The notes under the pieces were generated by a model. It was not told where the DNA came from, did not search any database, and saw only the letters and a list, made by a program, of their open reading frames with translations. This document shows positions 14,124-30,848 of a DNA stretch of 64,000 nt, piece after piece. The stretch lies in NCBI RefSeq assembly GCF_009914755.1, contig NC_060930.1, one strand, 5' to 3'. This DNA is from the human T2T-CHM13v2.0 reference genome, Homo sapiens. The stretch's first letter is position 1; each line of letters opens with the position of its first letter. Made by a program: the position numbers and the translations under genes.

Positions 14124-14945
14124 TGAAACGGGAAAGTTCCCTTATTCCCTAGCAGGGCGTGCGATGGGGGTGTAGCTCGCTTCTTCAGTGCCCCGCTGCT
14201 CAAACCTCTAGCCGGAGCGTGCAGAGGGGCACGTTGAGGAGCTCTAACCCCAAGGCAGCATCTAGGAGTGAATGTTTATAGCTCCTGAGTCTCCTGTGGG
14301 TGTGTGTTACCCCGTGCTCTTTTAGTTTAGTCATCTGTAAGAAGCTTGTGTTTATCAGCTCAATTAGATCCCTTGCCTTATTGCAAGGATAGAGGGCTTT
14401 TCTGTATTTCGGGGTTTCTTTCCTTGGTGTACCGGAAGAATTGGATTACACCCGGGCCTGGACAATCAGCGCAAGGTTTTATTGAGCGGAAGTAGCTCTC
14501 AGCAGATGGGGAAGACAGAAGGGAGAGATGGAGTGGGAAGTTGGTTTTCCCCTGGGGTAGGGCTGCTCAGCAGCAGGGCTCTCCTCTGTCCGCCCCAGCC
14601 AAAATCTGCTTCGGGCCTCGATGGCCTGCCAGCCTGCCAGCATCCGCCGGTGCGCTCTTACTCAGGTAGGTGCCTCTACGTCCAGCCGCTTGTGTCTTCT
14701 TCCGGTGGTGTGTTCCTCTCCACGTCCAGCTGCTTGTACCCAAGCCCATTAGGGTCTCGGGAGTCTTTGCAGGCACGGGATGGGGGCGTGACAAGCCAGG
14801 GTGGTCTTGGGAAATGCAACATTTGGGCAGGAAAACAGAAATCCCTGTCCTTACCTAGGTCCGTGGGCACAGGCCCAGGGGTGGAGCCCTAGCCAGGGAC
14901 CACGCCCTTCCCTTTCCAGCACTTCCCTGCTCCACTCCCGTACCA
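14124..14945 (-). mobile_element. ERV1 solo LTR (LTR1/LTR28/MER52 group)
   Basis: TG...CA termini, 4-bp TSD ctat/ctgt, AATAAA on the minus strand at 14478-14483. GC-rich sequence resembling the LTR1 consensus (gtggtccctggctagggctccacccc on minus). Confidence 0.85.
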
Positions 14946-15560
14946 CTGTTTCTGGTTTTCTAAAACGGCTATTTTTAAATATTCAGAAATGAGTGTTAAA
15001 TTTGGAGCATCTTTTTAAATGGTGATATGATATGCATTGTTTTATCTATTATTATGATATGGTATTATTATATTTTAGACAAGTGAGCGATATTTGAGTT
15101 TCCCTGGGATAAATCCTGCTTGGTTGTGATGGTGGGTTTTCTTTAGGAATTTTTTACTTCACTGCTTTATAAATCATTTTGGATGATTTATATTCTAATA
15201 CAGACTTTATATTTATATTCTAGTATAGACATATTCTATATTAAACAAGGCACATAACTTTTGCTTGTGTATTTATCAGATTTAGATATTAGAAATATGA
15301 TCCTTTTTAAATTAATAAAGATATATTCTAAAGTTTGCCAGTTGCAAGGATAACTGTGTTCTCACAGATCTCCTCATCTCACCATTTTGTTGGGTACTTC
15401 CAGAATCTTCTTTTAAACATTAAATGAAAAGGCAAGGCGATGGTCATTATTACAAAGTCACTGTGTCTAGTGATCATTTGTCGACTGTTTGCCTGAGGGA
15501 TTTAATCTTGCTCCCATTGCTTAATCTCCTGATCATGAGGCATCAAACATTTTCCTGGAA

Positions 15561-15564
<4 letters not shown>

Positions 15565-15598
<34 letters not shown>
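15565..15598. repeat. (TG)17 microsatellite
   Basis: Direct reading. Confidence 0.98.
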
Positions 15599-15599
<1 letters not shown>

Positions 15600-16819
15600 T
15601 GTTAAATAGAGTTCCTATTGTTTTGTATTCTCCTCTCCAGTATTTGGCATGGTATTGTTAGTGTTTTAGAATTTAGAATTTAGACATTCTGATAGGTGTG
15701 TAGCGATAGCCCATTGTTCTCTATTATTTAGAGATATAAAGTCTTATTTCTAAACTGGTTTTCCGTAACTTCAATTTACTTAAATATCAAAAACTGAAGT
15801 TTTTCATGCTCCATTAATAATTTTGACTCAAGATTTTCAACTTATTTGAACAAAATTTAACCAAACCATAAAGGATTCACTTAAAAGCAATGGCAACATA
15901 TCATTTGAGATACTTAATTTGAATTTTACAGTTATTCTTCAAAGGGTAAAACATTTTAAAATTTGTCTGAGAATGCACATCTATTGCCATACTGATGTAT
16001 TTTTTTCAAAATCAGCTTTGTGATGAACATTTTATAGTTTACTGTAATTCTGTATTTATAAAATATTGATATGTTTTGACAGCAGCTTTAATTTCTGATG
16101 GTATATTATTGGAGCTTTTATGAATGCAGTTTTGAACTACATGGGCAGCAAAATCAATTGTAAGTATATTTTTGTTTCATAGAATTCTTAATTTAGTAAG
16201 GACATTGTTTTACCCATAAGGTTGTGCTCCACCTAAAGTTGTATTTTTATAATCACCACATCACCACATTGTTTTATCTATAATATTGAATTTATTGAAT
16301 TACTAATCTGACTTCCCAATAGCACTATCAGTAATATAAGATGCTTATTTCTAACATAATGAATTTCCAAAACCTTTACTTTATTTACATTAATAAAAAT
16401 TTAAATCATTCATCAGAATAACCTATTTTTAAATTTGAATTTTTTGATGACATTTACATACTAAAACAATGTAAATATTTAAGACATTTTTGACTAATGA
16501 AGTGAACACATTAAAAGCTATCTCCTCACTTTTTATGCATTAGATAACAATTCTTGAAAAAAAAAGTAAGTTAAATGAGAACAATCATTTGATCTAAATG
16601 AACAGTCATGCTTCACAGAGCCTTTCTTCTGCAGCTCCTAGGGTTAAATCAATTTCTTTGGGAGCAATCATCTAAAAATAAATTCTGGTTTTTGATGTTA
16701 GTGCTGATGCATCTTCAGCAAATTTTTATCTTTAGGTTTTCATATCATCAGTGGTATACTATATGATGGATGGCAAATTCAACAAGTATTTTGTGAGGAA
16801 CTTCTGCTTCCTACCAATA

Positions 16820-18020
16820 TGTAGTCATGGGACTTGTTTTATTATCCCACTTGAAACAACTAATAAACCAGCCATAATATTCAAATCAATGTTTCTGAAG
16901 ATTTTTCGCATCAGAGAACAAAGCATAGTGCTCCTGAGAAAGGGATAACAAATTAGGCAAGCCGTACAATTGTTCCATCTTACATCCTTAAGAGGGGTTT
17001 TCAGGCCATGGAATGTGGAACAGAAGTTGAGGGAAACTGATGGAGCCTAGCAAGCTCTCACAGATGAGGATATGTAGTAGAAAGTCTGTGGTAACCTGAT
17101 CAGAGTCCCAGTGAAGGGAGAATTGAAGACACAGGAATCTCCGGAGATCTTCTGAAAGTCTCCTTCAGTATTCAGCAGGCATGTGTGTAGGGGGAGGCCA
17201 CCAGAAAGAATCACCAGAAAGGATTAGAGGAAAGAGTACTCAGGGCTCACACAGGGTGGGGACTAATAACTTTCCACTAGCGAGAACTTAAAACCTTACA
17301 ATTATGAGGCTCTGGCTTTAATTCTCAGAAGCGTCTTCCTGGGAGGAATAAATATCCCTAAATTAAATTCTGTTCTGACTTCACCTAACAAATAATAAAA
17401 ATAAGACCCTAACATAGATAAAATTACTTCCAAATAACTTAAACATGCCCCATAACAAAACTTAATAATATTTGTAGTTATACAAAAACATCCAGCAATC
17501 AACATGGTAAAATTTTCAGTATCTGGCATCCAGTAAAAAAGTCCTGGCATGAAAAGAAGCAGGAAAATATGATCTATAATTAGACAGCTCAATCAATTGA
17601 AACCTACCCATAAGTGACACACAGAATTAACAGAAAAGAACACTAAGACAGTTATCTTAATTGTGTTCCCTATCTTCAAAAAGCTAGTAGAAAGATAAAG
17701 CATGTTAATTAGCAACATGAAAGATATAAAAATGACCCAAATCAAACTTCTATACATGAAAACTACAACATGTGAAATTTCAAGAAAGGATGAAATTACT
17801 GGCAGATAAGAGATTATTGCAGAAGAAAAGATAGTGAACTTGAAGACAAAGCAATAAAAACTATCTAAAATGAAACACACAGAGAAAAAAGGACTCAAAA
17901 AAGTAAAAGAAAAAGGACAAGCAATATACCAATTGTAATTGGAATCCCCTGAGAAGAAGAGAAGGCTGACCGAAGACGATTTGAATAATTAATGACCAAA
18001 CATTTTCCAAATTGATGAAA
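16820..18020 (+). mobile_element. Ancient L1M 5' UTR/ORF1 region
   Basis: A-rich ORF1-like remnants (gcagaagaaaagatagtgaacttgaagacaaagcaataaaaactatc; ttttccaaattgatgaaa). Confidence 0.65.
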
Positions 18021-20744
18021 CAAATATTTTGTGTATCATGAAGCTTCTCTGGAAATGAAAGTTCAAAACTGAAGATGGTTTGTTTTGAAATAAGAATAAA
18101 GTTTTAATCAACAATAAAATAACCATAGATTTTCAAATCCACAATGTGGCAAGAAACTTTTCTCCATAGATACTAAAGCAGAAATTCTCAGCCTCTATTT
18201 TTTGTCATATATTTCATATATACTTTAACATATTAATTCCACTTTCTCTCTGATCCAGCTCACTGATAGCCTGACAGCTTAGTGGCTGTCATTGGCATTG
18301 GCATCAGCCAAGGCACAACTGACTGGCTCATTAAATGGACAACAGGGTCAGCAACATCACATATTTCTTCCACTGCCCTCAGAGACCAGAAGGGGTAAAA
18401 TGTCCTCAAGCCCCACTTGAATGGATGCACCTTATTTTATCTAATACCTGCCGTAACCATGTTGTATCAGGAGCGGGTAGAGGAAAAAGAGATTTAACTC
18501 CATATTGAAATGAGGCCCCTGTTCAGAGCGTATGTGTCACACATCGCTAGGTAGGATGTAGTATTGTATAGTAATCTACAAAACCTATCCTGAGTTGTTT
18601 TCATGCAACAGTTAACAGCAACAACAACGATAATTAAGTGATACATTGAAACAAACCTAGACCAAATATTTAAAACTCTTAACTGAGATTGCCAGAGCCA
18701 TTTTTAGTGGTATGATAACTCTATATCAAAGAAGTAGTTTTATAGTTATGAATCATTATATGTAAGATACTGTTGTGTCTTTATATATTTAATAAAAAAA
18801 AACCTTTTGTTGTTTTTTAATATGTAACCATTTAAGAGGTCTAGGCAGATGTAACATTGATTCACATTCTAAGATATCCAAAATGAAATTATAGACCTTT
18901 TTGCTCAGGGATTGATAGATATTTTTCAAAAAGGTTTTCAGTTTCTTGAGGCTTTGAAGCATTATTTGTTAATGGAAATTGACTCCTCTGTGTCATACTA
19001 CTATGTTACTATGTGCATTTTTCACTAGAGGGAAAATCGGGAAAGGCATAAGATCCAGTATAATAACTACTTAATCAAAGTTTTACAATTGAAAATTCAT
19101 TGTTAATAAGCTATTTTAATATTAAATGGAAAAAATGAATTTTAGAAGGCTGAATGTAGATGTGGTCTTGCTTTTGCTTAAAGTATGTCTATACATATAT
19201 TTATATTTTTATAACAACAAAGAAAGATTATATATACAGAGGAATAATCTATGGTTTTGAAAATATTGTGAGGTATTGTCTTCCTTAGGTTCTTTTTGTT
19301 TTGTCAATTCAAAGAAAGCAATATTATGATATATTACAGAACTGAGCATATCTGATAATCACATAAAAATGTTTTAATATGTTTATATAGCATATATGCT
19401 CAGAAAATTAACATAGATGAGATATTCTAAAAAGAGAAAGGATAAAGAACAAATATAAAACAGAAATCATGTTTCTAATCAAGCTACTATCTAAATGAGT
19501 AGATAGAACATATATGTACACACACACATGAAGATTGCATTTACAGAGAAAAATACCACATAATGACAATTAAAATATTAAACATGGATAAAGAAAGTTG
19601 AGCCTGCCAAGCAGAAAAGATGGCAGATGAGATTAATCACCAAAGCCTTCCTTTATAAGGTGAGATTTAATTATACTTGAATAAGATACTTAAGCTAAGA
19701 GAGCTTTGTCACAAAGTTTTCTGTCTGTTTCGGTAACAGTTCCTGATGTCCTTACTCAGTCTTTGGGCATCAGAATAAATAGAATTATATTGATGGTCCC
19801 TATTCCTGACATTCAGCAGTGCTAATACAGGGGGCATATTGTCATGCATATGACTACAGTATATGGGCCTTGGGCCATAGCTCATTCTTATTTAGCTAAC
19901 ACTAGCTGACAGTTAACACTTTGGAGGTCAGCCAAAGAAATTAAGAGAAGGGGGCATCACATGGACTTTCTTTTCCCTAAAATAATCAGATAGAATGAAG
20001 ACATTGAGGAGAGGCTGTTTTTACACTTTTAGTTGAATACCTTTCATATCTACTTGGGAAGTGTTTTTAAGATTATAAAGTGATGATGAAAAAAAGGAGA
20101 CTCCTTTTATGGTAACAGAAGATGCATTCATTTGTAGGAACTCCTTGGCTAACCTTCTTACAATAAAGTATCCTAGATTTTGTGCTCTCTCTCCTTGGAT
20201 TCTAAAGGCTTGAAGCTGGGCATGAGGCAAAAGTAATATAAGCATTGCATAAAAGTAACATACTATGTTTGCTTTAAGCATCCACATGATTCTTCCCATC
20301 AGGTTAGGGTATAATATGCAACATGTCATCTTTAGGAAATATTGTATGCTAACAGCTTTCACAGCAGGAATGTGTAGTAAGAGATCTTCAAAAGATTCAA
20401 GGCTTAATATTTACTGAGACTATCTTCTACAAAACTGAGGGCATATATTACAAAGATAATGAAAGGGATTATTTTTGATGGGTTTAATCAGGAATAAATA
20501 TCTTTCCATGTCTTGTGATGTTCTTTTAATTGTGAGTACCTTGGCTACTAGAGCTGAGCCAGTGCCTCCCTTTCCTACCTGTGCTTTTACTCAATGTTTT
20601 ATTCTTTACTGTTATCTAATGTTTTCCCTTGTACTCCGGGATATAGAATATATTTCTTCCAAAAAAAAAAAAACTATTTTAACTTTTTGAATCAATTTGC
20701 ACTGGTGGTACTTAGATGCCACTTGGTAATTTCTCTAGCACGTT

Positions 20745-22110
20745 CATGTTTTTATTTATCACATAAATATTTGTTCAGCCCAGCTCTATGCCAGGTATTC
20801 TGCTCAATGCTGGGGATGCAAGAAGCCACAGTGTGCATGTCCTATTCTTGAGCCTTCAGATTGGAGGCAAGTTCCAATACAGTGTGATGAGTGCTATGAG
20901 AGAGAAGCTCCCTGCATGGCAGAGTGGCACATCTTCTGGTTACAGAGGGCACAGTCAGAAAAACCTTCAGGAAAGAAAAAGTGAAATGATCAACCTGAGC
21001 TCTGAAGTTGAGAAAATCTCAGCCCATGAAGGAGATTAGGTAGCAGGCATGCAATCTGGGTAATAAAGCAGCCTATACCCTGAAAGGAAACCTGTGCTAA
21101 GTGAGTGTGAAAAACTTGGGGAACTGCAAGTCACTCTGGATGACAGAGAAGTAGGAGATATGTTAACCATTGTAGAAACTCCAGTTAAAGAGGTAGACAA
21201 GAATAATATCATTACAAAAAAATTAAAGTTAAAAACCAAAAAATTTCGTTCTCCAAGGGGTTGGAAATTCATCTTAAATGATATGTCAGCCATTTATTTT
21301 AAGCAAAATAGTAATTCAGCCAAATTTATATTTTGGATGATCATGGCTAAAAAGAACAAGGTTCAAGCCTGGAAGAAAATTTTCCTGAAGAGTTTTGCAG
21401 CTCAAAAAGATGTTATTTGAACTAAGATTATAATGAAAAACAGAAGGAACTTAGGTGAATTTAGTAGTTAATAAGGATGCAGAATAGATGGTTTATGATT
21501 GATGATTTGGATGTAGATCCTGAAGGAAAGATTAAAGGATGATTCTTAAGTTTCATATTTCATCAGCAAACTTGATAACCAGGTGCTCACTGAAATCAGA
21601 ATATCAAAAAGGAAGCAATTTTGTCACTAAAGGAAGGTAGAGAGAGAAAACAGTTTTCTGATTTAAGCATATTGAGTTGGAAATGCCTGTAGAATAATAA
21701 AATATAAATAATGAGTAGAGGTCAAATATGATGTCTCTGGAGATGAGAAGACTAATCTGGGAGAGAGAAAGGGATTTTGAAGAATTCAGAATATAAATGG
21801 TAAAGCATTTGAAATGGATAATGTCATCTAGAGACAGCTTATATACTACAAAAAGAGGCTCAAGGATGAACCCTTCACTCTTTAAGATCAAACCAAGAGG
21901 AGTGTGAAAGAGGCTGAGATGTAACAGATAAGGAAACTATAGAAAGAACAGCAGAGTATGGTATTTGGGAAGAAGAGAGGGTTCAGAAAGTAAGAGTGAT
22001 CAAGAGAGTCAAACGTCAAGAGAAAGCAAAAAAACATGAGAAGGTAAAAATCATTCAAAGATTTTAGAGTCTATGAGGTTCCTCTTGGCAATGGTAATTT
22101 TAGTGATGTG
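20745..22110 (-). mobile_element. LINE-2 remnant
   Basis: L2 3' end in reverse complement (aaatatttgttcagc...ctatgccaggtattctgct) and ORF2-derived motifs (catattgagttggaaatgcctgt). Heavily diverged. Confidence 0.65.
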
Positions 22111-23914
22111 ATAACAGAAAAGAGGATGTTTTGTTTTTTTTTTTTTTTTTTGAGCCAGAACTGACAGGCTTATTGATAAAGAAACTGCTTGTAAAGGACT
22201 CTTTTAGCATTCCTGAATAGAAAAAAGAGTGTAAAAAAGGAGTGTAAAATAAAAGGTCAGTTCTCTCATTTCCCTCTATCTTGTCATTCTGCTCTTCTGA
22301 TATGTAGCTGAATAGGTGGGGCAGGCTAGGGTACATGTGACCTATGAGGATTCACAGATTACTTGTCTCTGACCCAAAAGTTCTTCTTCAATTCCTAGTT
22401 AGTAATAGTAGCTGTGATTAACAAAATAATACATCTAAGAACTAAATATTAGTTTTATCCTTATTGTAGTTGTCATTATTATTTGGTGCCTATAAAAATG
22501 GGCATGATTATAGATATTAGATACAAAGTTGATTGACTTCATTTTTGCCTCCCTAAGAAATGTAACAGGATTTAACATTTTATTCAATGAATATTTATGC
22601 AGCTTTTCCCATGTGCCAAGATTGATACTGTATTATTTTTATACTGTTATTGATGAGGTTCAGAAAATCACAAAGATAGAAGAAGACAGACCTAGGAATT
22701 AAATGTAGTCCTTTCTGACAACAAAGCTCATGGGAGGCACACTAATGTCACTTCTGAAAGAATAGGCAACTATCATTCTAATCCCAATTTTATATCAATA
22801 ATTAAGTTTATAACGTTATGAAACATTATTAATATGTTACATTGTTAGATCAGTGTCTCTGGCATTAGAGAAGCCTATATATTGAATTCAAACCACCCTT
22901 GCCTTTAGTTTTCTCGTGTTAAAAGGGGGATAACTGTAGTAACTGTCAATGTGTTTAGTGAGAAGATGAAAAGTGCTAATAATTAAACGGGCTACCTAAA
23001 ATTTTTCACAAGGACTGTCCAACTCTGGACATGCTAGCTGGTGGTAGTAGCGGTAGCAATAGTAAGAGTAGTAATGACACTATCCTGTGACAGTCTAATT
23101 TTACCAAAGAATTATTAATAAAAAGAAACTATGTCTGCTCTTTTGCCAAAGTTGGATAATCAAGTCAGTCAACCAGTAAGTTCAGCCACAGATAGCATTT
23201 GACATGTAACCTTCTTGATTGAGTCAAATTAATTGAAAAAGTTGAATTAAATTTTTCGCAAATATAAAGAATATTATTCACCTAAACTAATTTCTTTCTT
23301 TTATCTGCAATATTTTTCCACAAATCACATCTCATGAATTGCTTATATCTGAAGTTCAGTTGGAAAGAATATATGAACTCCCACTATATATTTTTGCCAT
23401 TTTAATGTATTGACTCTTATTCTTTGTGTTCTCCAGTGACAAAGCCATTTATTTTTTCCTAAGAGTTTAATATTCATTTCATTTCTCATGTATTTAATCC
23501 TCTTCAGTCAGTTCTATTAAAAAGAGATTAAACACTACTAAACACAACAACAAATATTTTTTAAATTGTTTTTATTTTCATTAAAAATATAAGCTTCCTG
23601 GATACCTTGGAGTTTAAGAAGCAAAAATGTGAACAGAATACTAGAATAATTTTTATATTATGAAAATTGAAATCACATGATAATTGTCAATCATGGTCAC
23701 ATATACAAGTGGAATGGGGGAGAAGAAAGCTCAGATGGTTTACTAAAGGAAGGAAGTAGGCATATAGCCACTTTAACTAGGGTAATTCTTCAATATTTGT
23801 TGCAAGTTGAAGCGATGGGACATACAACACAAAAATGAATACAATGTCACCTTTTTCCATCTGGGGGCTAATCTAGCACCAGTACCAACCTTCTTTGTCT
23901 GCTTATTAAACAAA

Positions 23915-24075
23915 CTAAAATTCCTGGCTGCGTGAATGAGAGATATTTATCTAAGTCATCTGGGTTTGTTTCCTCATCTTTAAAATTGATATAATATCTA
24001 TATCAAGTATCAGTTGATTATATACATCAAAATAATTGACAATGCCTAATACAGTGACTTCCATAAAGTAAGGCC
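23915..24075 (-). mobile_element. MIR remnant
   Basis: Core tgtttcctcatctttaaaattg...aatgcctaatacagtgact. Confidence 0.5.
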
Positions 24076-25907
24076 TTGGCCCCTCCCCAACTTCATCTTT
24101 TGAAATTATTATTTAAAAGATTCAGAAAGATAATGGTCTTCAACACACTGAGATTTGGATGACTACACGGTAAACTCCTAGTCATTTATGGGATCTTTAA
24201 ATGCCGCCAACTAAACCTGAGCCTGCAGCAATGTGGCCAGTTATGATGAGGGTTTGGTTCTAGACCTGTTGAGGTGATGTTTGAGACATTTTCTCATTTG
24301 ATCTTGTCAAGCTCCACATCAGAAAGTTGCAAATACACATTACATTTGGGCAATTCAAATATTTTGGTGCCCATGTGTGCAGTTGGTCATACTCTCCAAT
24401 TGCACAGACTGAAGCCCCAAGTGGGTTTTCTACAAACAGTAAGTTCAGACAATCAAGTGGAGACCAACAATCACACTCAATATGTTTGATTTCTTAGAAA
24501 TAGCTAGGGCCAAAACATTTTCAGTTTTACATGTTTATGTTTCCTATTGTACAGAGGTACTTAAAATTGAAAGAGAGTGAAAAATATATGGTGACCTTTC
24601 CTCTGAAGAGTCCGCATGTCAGCTCTTCCCTGGCTGAAGGCTTTGGCCATCACCCCCTGGGTCTATTGCCTTTTTGAGTCTAATTCCACAGCTTTACAGA
24701 TTTCATAGTGCTTCACAGAGAGTTTCTTCCATGCTTCTTTTGAAGTCTGGCAGTTTTTTTTTTCTTTCAAACACCTTTTTTTTTTTTTTTTTTGGAATTG
24801 GATATTGTGCTTATTTATTTAGAAAATAATACGTAGTGGGTTTATTTACTATTGGATAAGAAAGCCACCTCCATTCATTGCTTATATAAACACTCTGCAA
24901 TTGGTTAATTGCAGAGAAACACCTGGAGGTCCTACTGCTTCTAATTGTCAATGTCCCGTGGTAGCTGATAGTCATATACAAAAATAGGAAATGGCCATCA
25001 CTTTGAATGAGACTAACCATGGAGTCCTAAAGTAAAGGCATTCATTAGCCATCTGTCCAAGGTAAGCTATAGCCAACACTTTTCTTGTATGAATAAAGCT
25101 ACTATTGGGACCTTCAGTTATTATTAATCAAAACTCACTGTAACAACTGATATGGAATTACTAGCAGAGTGAATTTTGTGGCAAAATGTTTAATTTTATT
25201 TAAAAATTATTTTTATTATTTTTATCAATTTGAAAATTCAAGAAAAATGACAATTTAATGAAAGAAATAACTTTTTAGGTATCAGAGCTTTTTTAAGGAC
25301 TTAAAAACATATTACTGGCTTACTTAAAACATAAACCAGAAAATAAAATTGGTCAAATACATTGATTGGTTATAAAATTTCAAACTGATGTTAAAGCATT
25401 TAGCTATCACAAGAGAAACAGGTAAATTGACCCATGTGATAATTCCCTGCTATGAAGTGATCCTACTTTAAAAATCCCATGCCAAACAATGAGCCATTTG
25501 AATGACAGCCTATGTGACCTTCCAAGTTAGAAACAGTCTCTAATCTATTTTCTACTATGTTAAATAGTTGTTGAATTACCTAATTTACTATGTTCTGTGT
25601 AGGAAAGTGTTTTTTTAAATTTCATAAAAAATAAAAATACCAGCTTAACAGTAATTTAAAATTAAAATTTAAAATATTAAATAGATCTTTTTTATTGACA
25701 TAATAAATTTTTAAAGGTTGGCATTAGTTTAAAACAAAGTAATTTATGTTTCAAAAAGAAATTCTAAGATATTGAATATTTCCAAACTATTGGTGTTAGT
25801 AGCAAAATTTTGTTCTGTGTAAGCTGGAAACTACCATTTTTCATTTAACCTGAAATATCACTAAAGGTAAGACACACAATTGTTTTATTTATCTCTAAGA
25901 TTTTTTT

Positions 25908-27520
<1,613 letters not shown>

Positions 27521-28379
27521 CTCTAAGATATTTTTTAAAATGCTTCCAGTTAAACTTTATAGAATGTTTTCATATCAGTAAAATATTTCATATTTTGTTT
27601 TATATCTTTTGAAAGATCTTTTTTGGATTTATTTGACTTTTAAATCATTTATTATTCCTGTAAATATTATTCCTATAAATACTTAGAAGAAAATATAAAT
27701 GCTAAATATATTGGCCTGCATTACAGTAATAAAAATACATTCCAGTTTCAGAGATTTTAAAATGTAGAAAATATGGATTTAAAAAAATTAAAAAGTCTTT
27801 TTATATCTTACTTATTATTAAACCTATAGTAGCTCAGAGTAGGGAACAATTAACTACATTAAAAATAAATGCATGAAATGACTTTTTGTTTAAATACAGA
27901 ATAAATGTCATACATCAACATCCATGAGCCCAAATAACCCATAATTAATAAGAAGGTATATTTGCTCTCAGTCATCTAGGTATATGTCCTCTAAGTACCT
28001 GAGTCTAAAACTGGATACACCACACTTCTGTGAGAGTACTTCACACTTACAGTGAATAAATAGAATTTAAATGAAAATGACTTTACCTGATTAGAACCTG
28101 AATTTTACCTTATAACTTTTCTATCTCACCCACTTAAAACATCTTTTAAAGAATAGTAGCTAGTAATTGTTGGGGGAGTTTATACTAATATTAGTGTGCA
28201 GGTTATCTATTAATTTGGATGGAAAAATCTAATAAAGTCATACACAGATTACAAAAGAAGGCTAAAGGGCTATAAGTGGTTTGTAAGCCTTAAGTTTTTC
28301 ATAAGAACTATCTCTTCCTCTGTACTAATGTACTCCTCTTTAGTCAATATTTCTTTGTCTTCTATTTCTCAATGCTGAA

Positions 28380-28380
<1 letters not shown>

Positions 28381-28410
<30 letters not shown>
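28381..28410. repeat. (TG)15 microsatellite
   Basis: Direct reading. Confidence 0.98.
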
Positions 28411-28414
<4 letters not shown>

Positions 28415-30079
28415 TATGTATGTGAGACAGTGTGTGTGTATGAAAACTATAGCCAATTAGGTTGTTTGGCAATAGACACTATGCCTTGGGTGAACTTGAG
28501 TCTTTAGCTTTTTCCAAACTGTTAATTTTTTCTTGAGAGTGAGGTGTTACGCTTGTTCTCTTTTTCCTTTTGGGCTTAAATTATTCATGAGAAACAAACT
28601 CCCTCCTTAGTTCCAAATTTTAGTTCTCTGAGAGATAAACAGTTATTATCATTCACTCTCTTGGAAGAAAAAGCCATGTCTAACATTTTGAGCCTCTGCA
28701 AAAGCTTCACACATTTTGCCCTCAAAAATTGCAATACATAATCATGAGAAACAGGGATCCTGGGTACAGAATATATGCAGCACAGAAGCAGACATATTGG
28801 CTTAAAAACACTTAAAAATTATCAAAATTTTACCAACAAGTGGAAGCCTACAGAGTGAAGCGACAAAATAGGGTGTCTGTGATTAGAAACTCGCATGTCA
28901 AGATGTGAAAAAGGTAAGCGAAATAGGCTTATGAAATAAAAGTTACTAATGGAGAAGAGAAACTAGGAGACAAAATGGATAAAAATGAAAACAGCAAGGA
29001 GGCCAAGAACTCAAAAAAAAAAAAAAAAAGAAAAGATCAAAGAAGAGAAAAATACATAAACATGATCTGGGAAACCCTGAAAGGAAACAAACATTTCCAG
29101 AGAATGAGAGGAGACCCTCCGCACCACCCCTCAACACCTCTCCCATATGAGGGGTGACAGCTAATTGTTATTTCTCAAGGACAGTGATAAAAAAGGAGAT
29201 TGCAGAGGGGAGTTGCTCCTGCAGAGAGAAGAAGAGTTTTACTAACAGCCCTCTGTGTGTAAGCACTATATAAACAGAAGAAAAAAATAGCATCATCAGT
29301 CTTCATGGCTATAGAAAAAGTACAAAACTTGAGGCCCACACACAGAAAACAAGGGAAAGTATACAAAAGACTGCCAAGGCATCTTGATCTAGAATGGCAT
29401 CTAGAAAATCTATGCATAGGAGCCACCACATTTAGCAGTACCATGTGTGAGGTGAGTTTTTGCCAGATCTCATGAAGGACATAACAATATATTGGTGGCC
29501 ATGTGATCAACAGCGTAAAACAACCCTAGCAAATACTTTTATGTATTTCTAGAGAAAGTACTTTGTTCTATTCTGTCCTCTAAAGAAAATGGTATTATCA
29601 GGTATCTTTCCCAATAGCCTGATTCAAGCTGACTCATAGAAAAAGACACATAGATCATCCTCAGAGCACCTCAGACACAGCAGAGAGAACTGGAAAGGAG
29701 TCAGACATGTGACAGTGACAAAACAGTGGTAAATGAATATTTCATGACATCATGAGATATGCTTTTTAGTGCAAAAATATTAGAATGCTGTAAGGTGAAA
29801 TAATTTCTTTTTTGCCACATATTGTCTTTCCTTCTCTCTTTTTAGTCTCTCTTTTTTTTTACCTACGTCTACCTTCTTTGTCTCTACTCAATAGCATAGT
29901 TTTTCAAAAGATTATCATTCATACAAAATTTCCTTCTAATTCTGAAATATATTTTGCAGTGTTCCTTTTCCTAAAGTGAATTTACAACATAGACCTCCAT
30001 TATTGGGACATTAAGTCATTTCAAGAAATTTTAAGTCTTTAGTAAATCTCTATATGGAAGTAGATTACATCAGAAATAA

Positions 30080-30083
<4 letters not shown>

Positions 30084-30125
<42 letters not shown>
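30084..30125. repeat. (TG)21 microsatellite
   Basis: Direct reading. Confidence 0.98.
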
Positions 30126-30132
<7 letters not shown>

Positions 30133-30848
30133 CATGCAAAAATGTTTAAGGGGAAATCAAATAATTTATATGTTAAAAGATTGGATACAAAGTGTGGATA
30201 CCAGGTAAATTTCATATCAACACTGTTTTTAGGCATTGTAGTGTTGAACATTTGAACTAAAAAATTATAATCATAGTTTACATATCTGAACCTAATTTGC
30301 CTCAATTTTAAGAAAAATAAATTCATCAGATATGAAGGAATGACCATATATACTTGTATACATGTGTGTAAGGTGGGATGTTGATTCCTAGAAAACCCAA
30401 TATGAAAGTAGATTTTTGAGAAACAAGCTTAGCTAGGCATAACTATTATTTCTTACTATTATTGTAAAATCATTTGTTAGCCTTTTCTTGAAGAATTTTC
30501 ACATTATTAGAATGTCACAGGCTGTAAACTAAACAAATGCTTCAGGCAGGAAGCCAGAAAAAGGAAGGTCAATTACTATTTCAATACAAAACTTAGGTGT
30601 GAAGACTTAATTCAGCTATTTCTTTTTCTCTCTGTAAAACATATACCTGTTCCTCGAAATTTAATTGAATATGATATATTTGTACTGCCATAAAAATCAG
30701 AGATGTCTGCAGAAAACACAAATGATAAGAATTGTATCAAACTAAATACACTTTATGTCCAAGGCCCTATCCTAGAATACTTACATACTCTCTTCTTACA
30801 AAAAGAAGCTAGTGCAGTTAACATTTACCATATATTTGTAATGATGTG

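Noticed and set aside
18265-18315. Inverted TGACAG pair and NFI-like ttggcatcagccaa
   Set aside because: NFI spacing is 4 rather than 5 nt, and the motifs are too short to support without conservation data.
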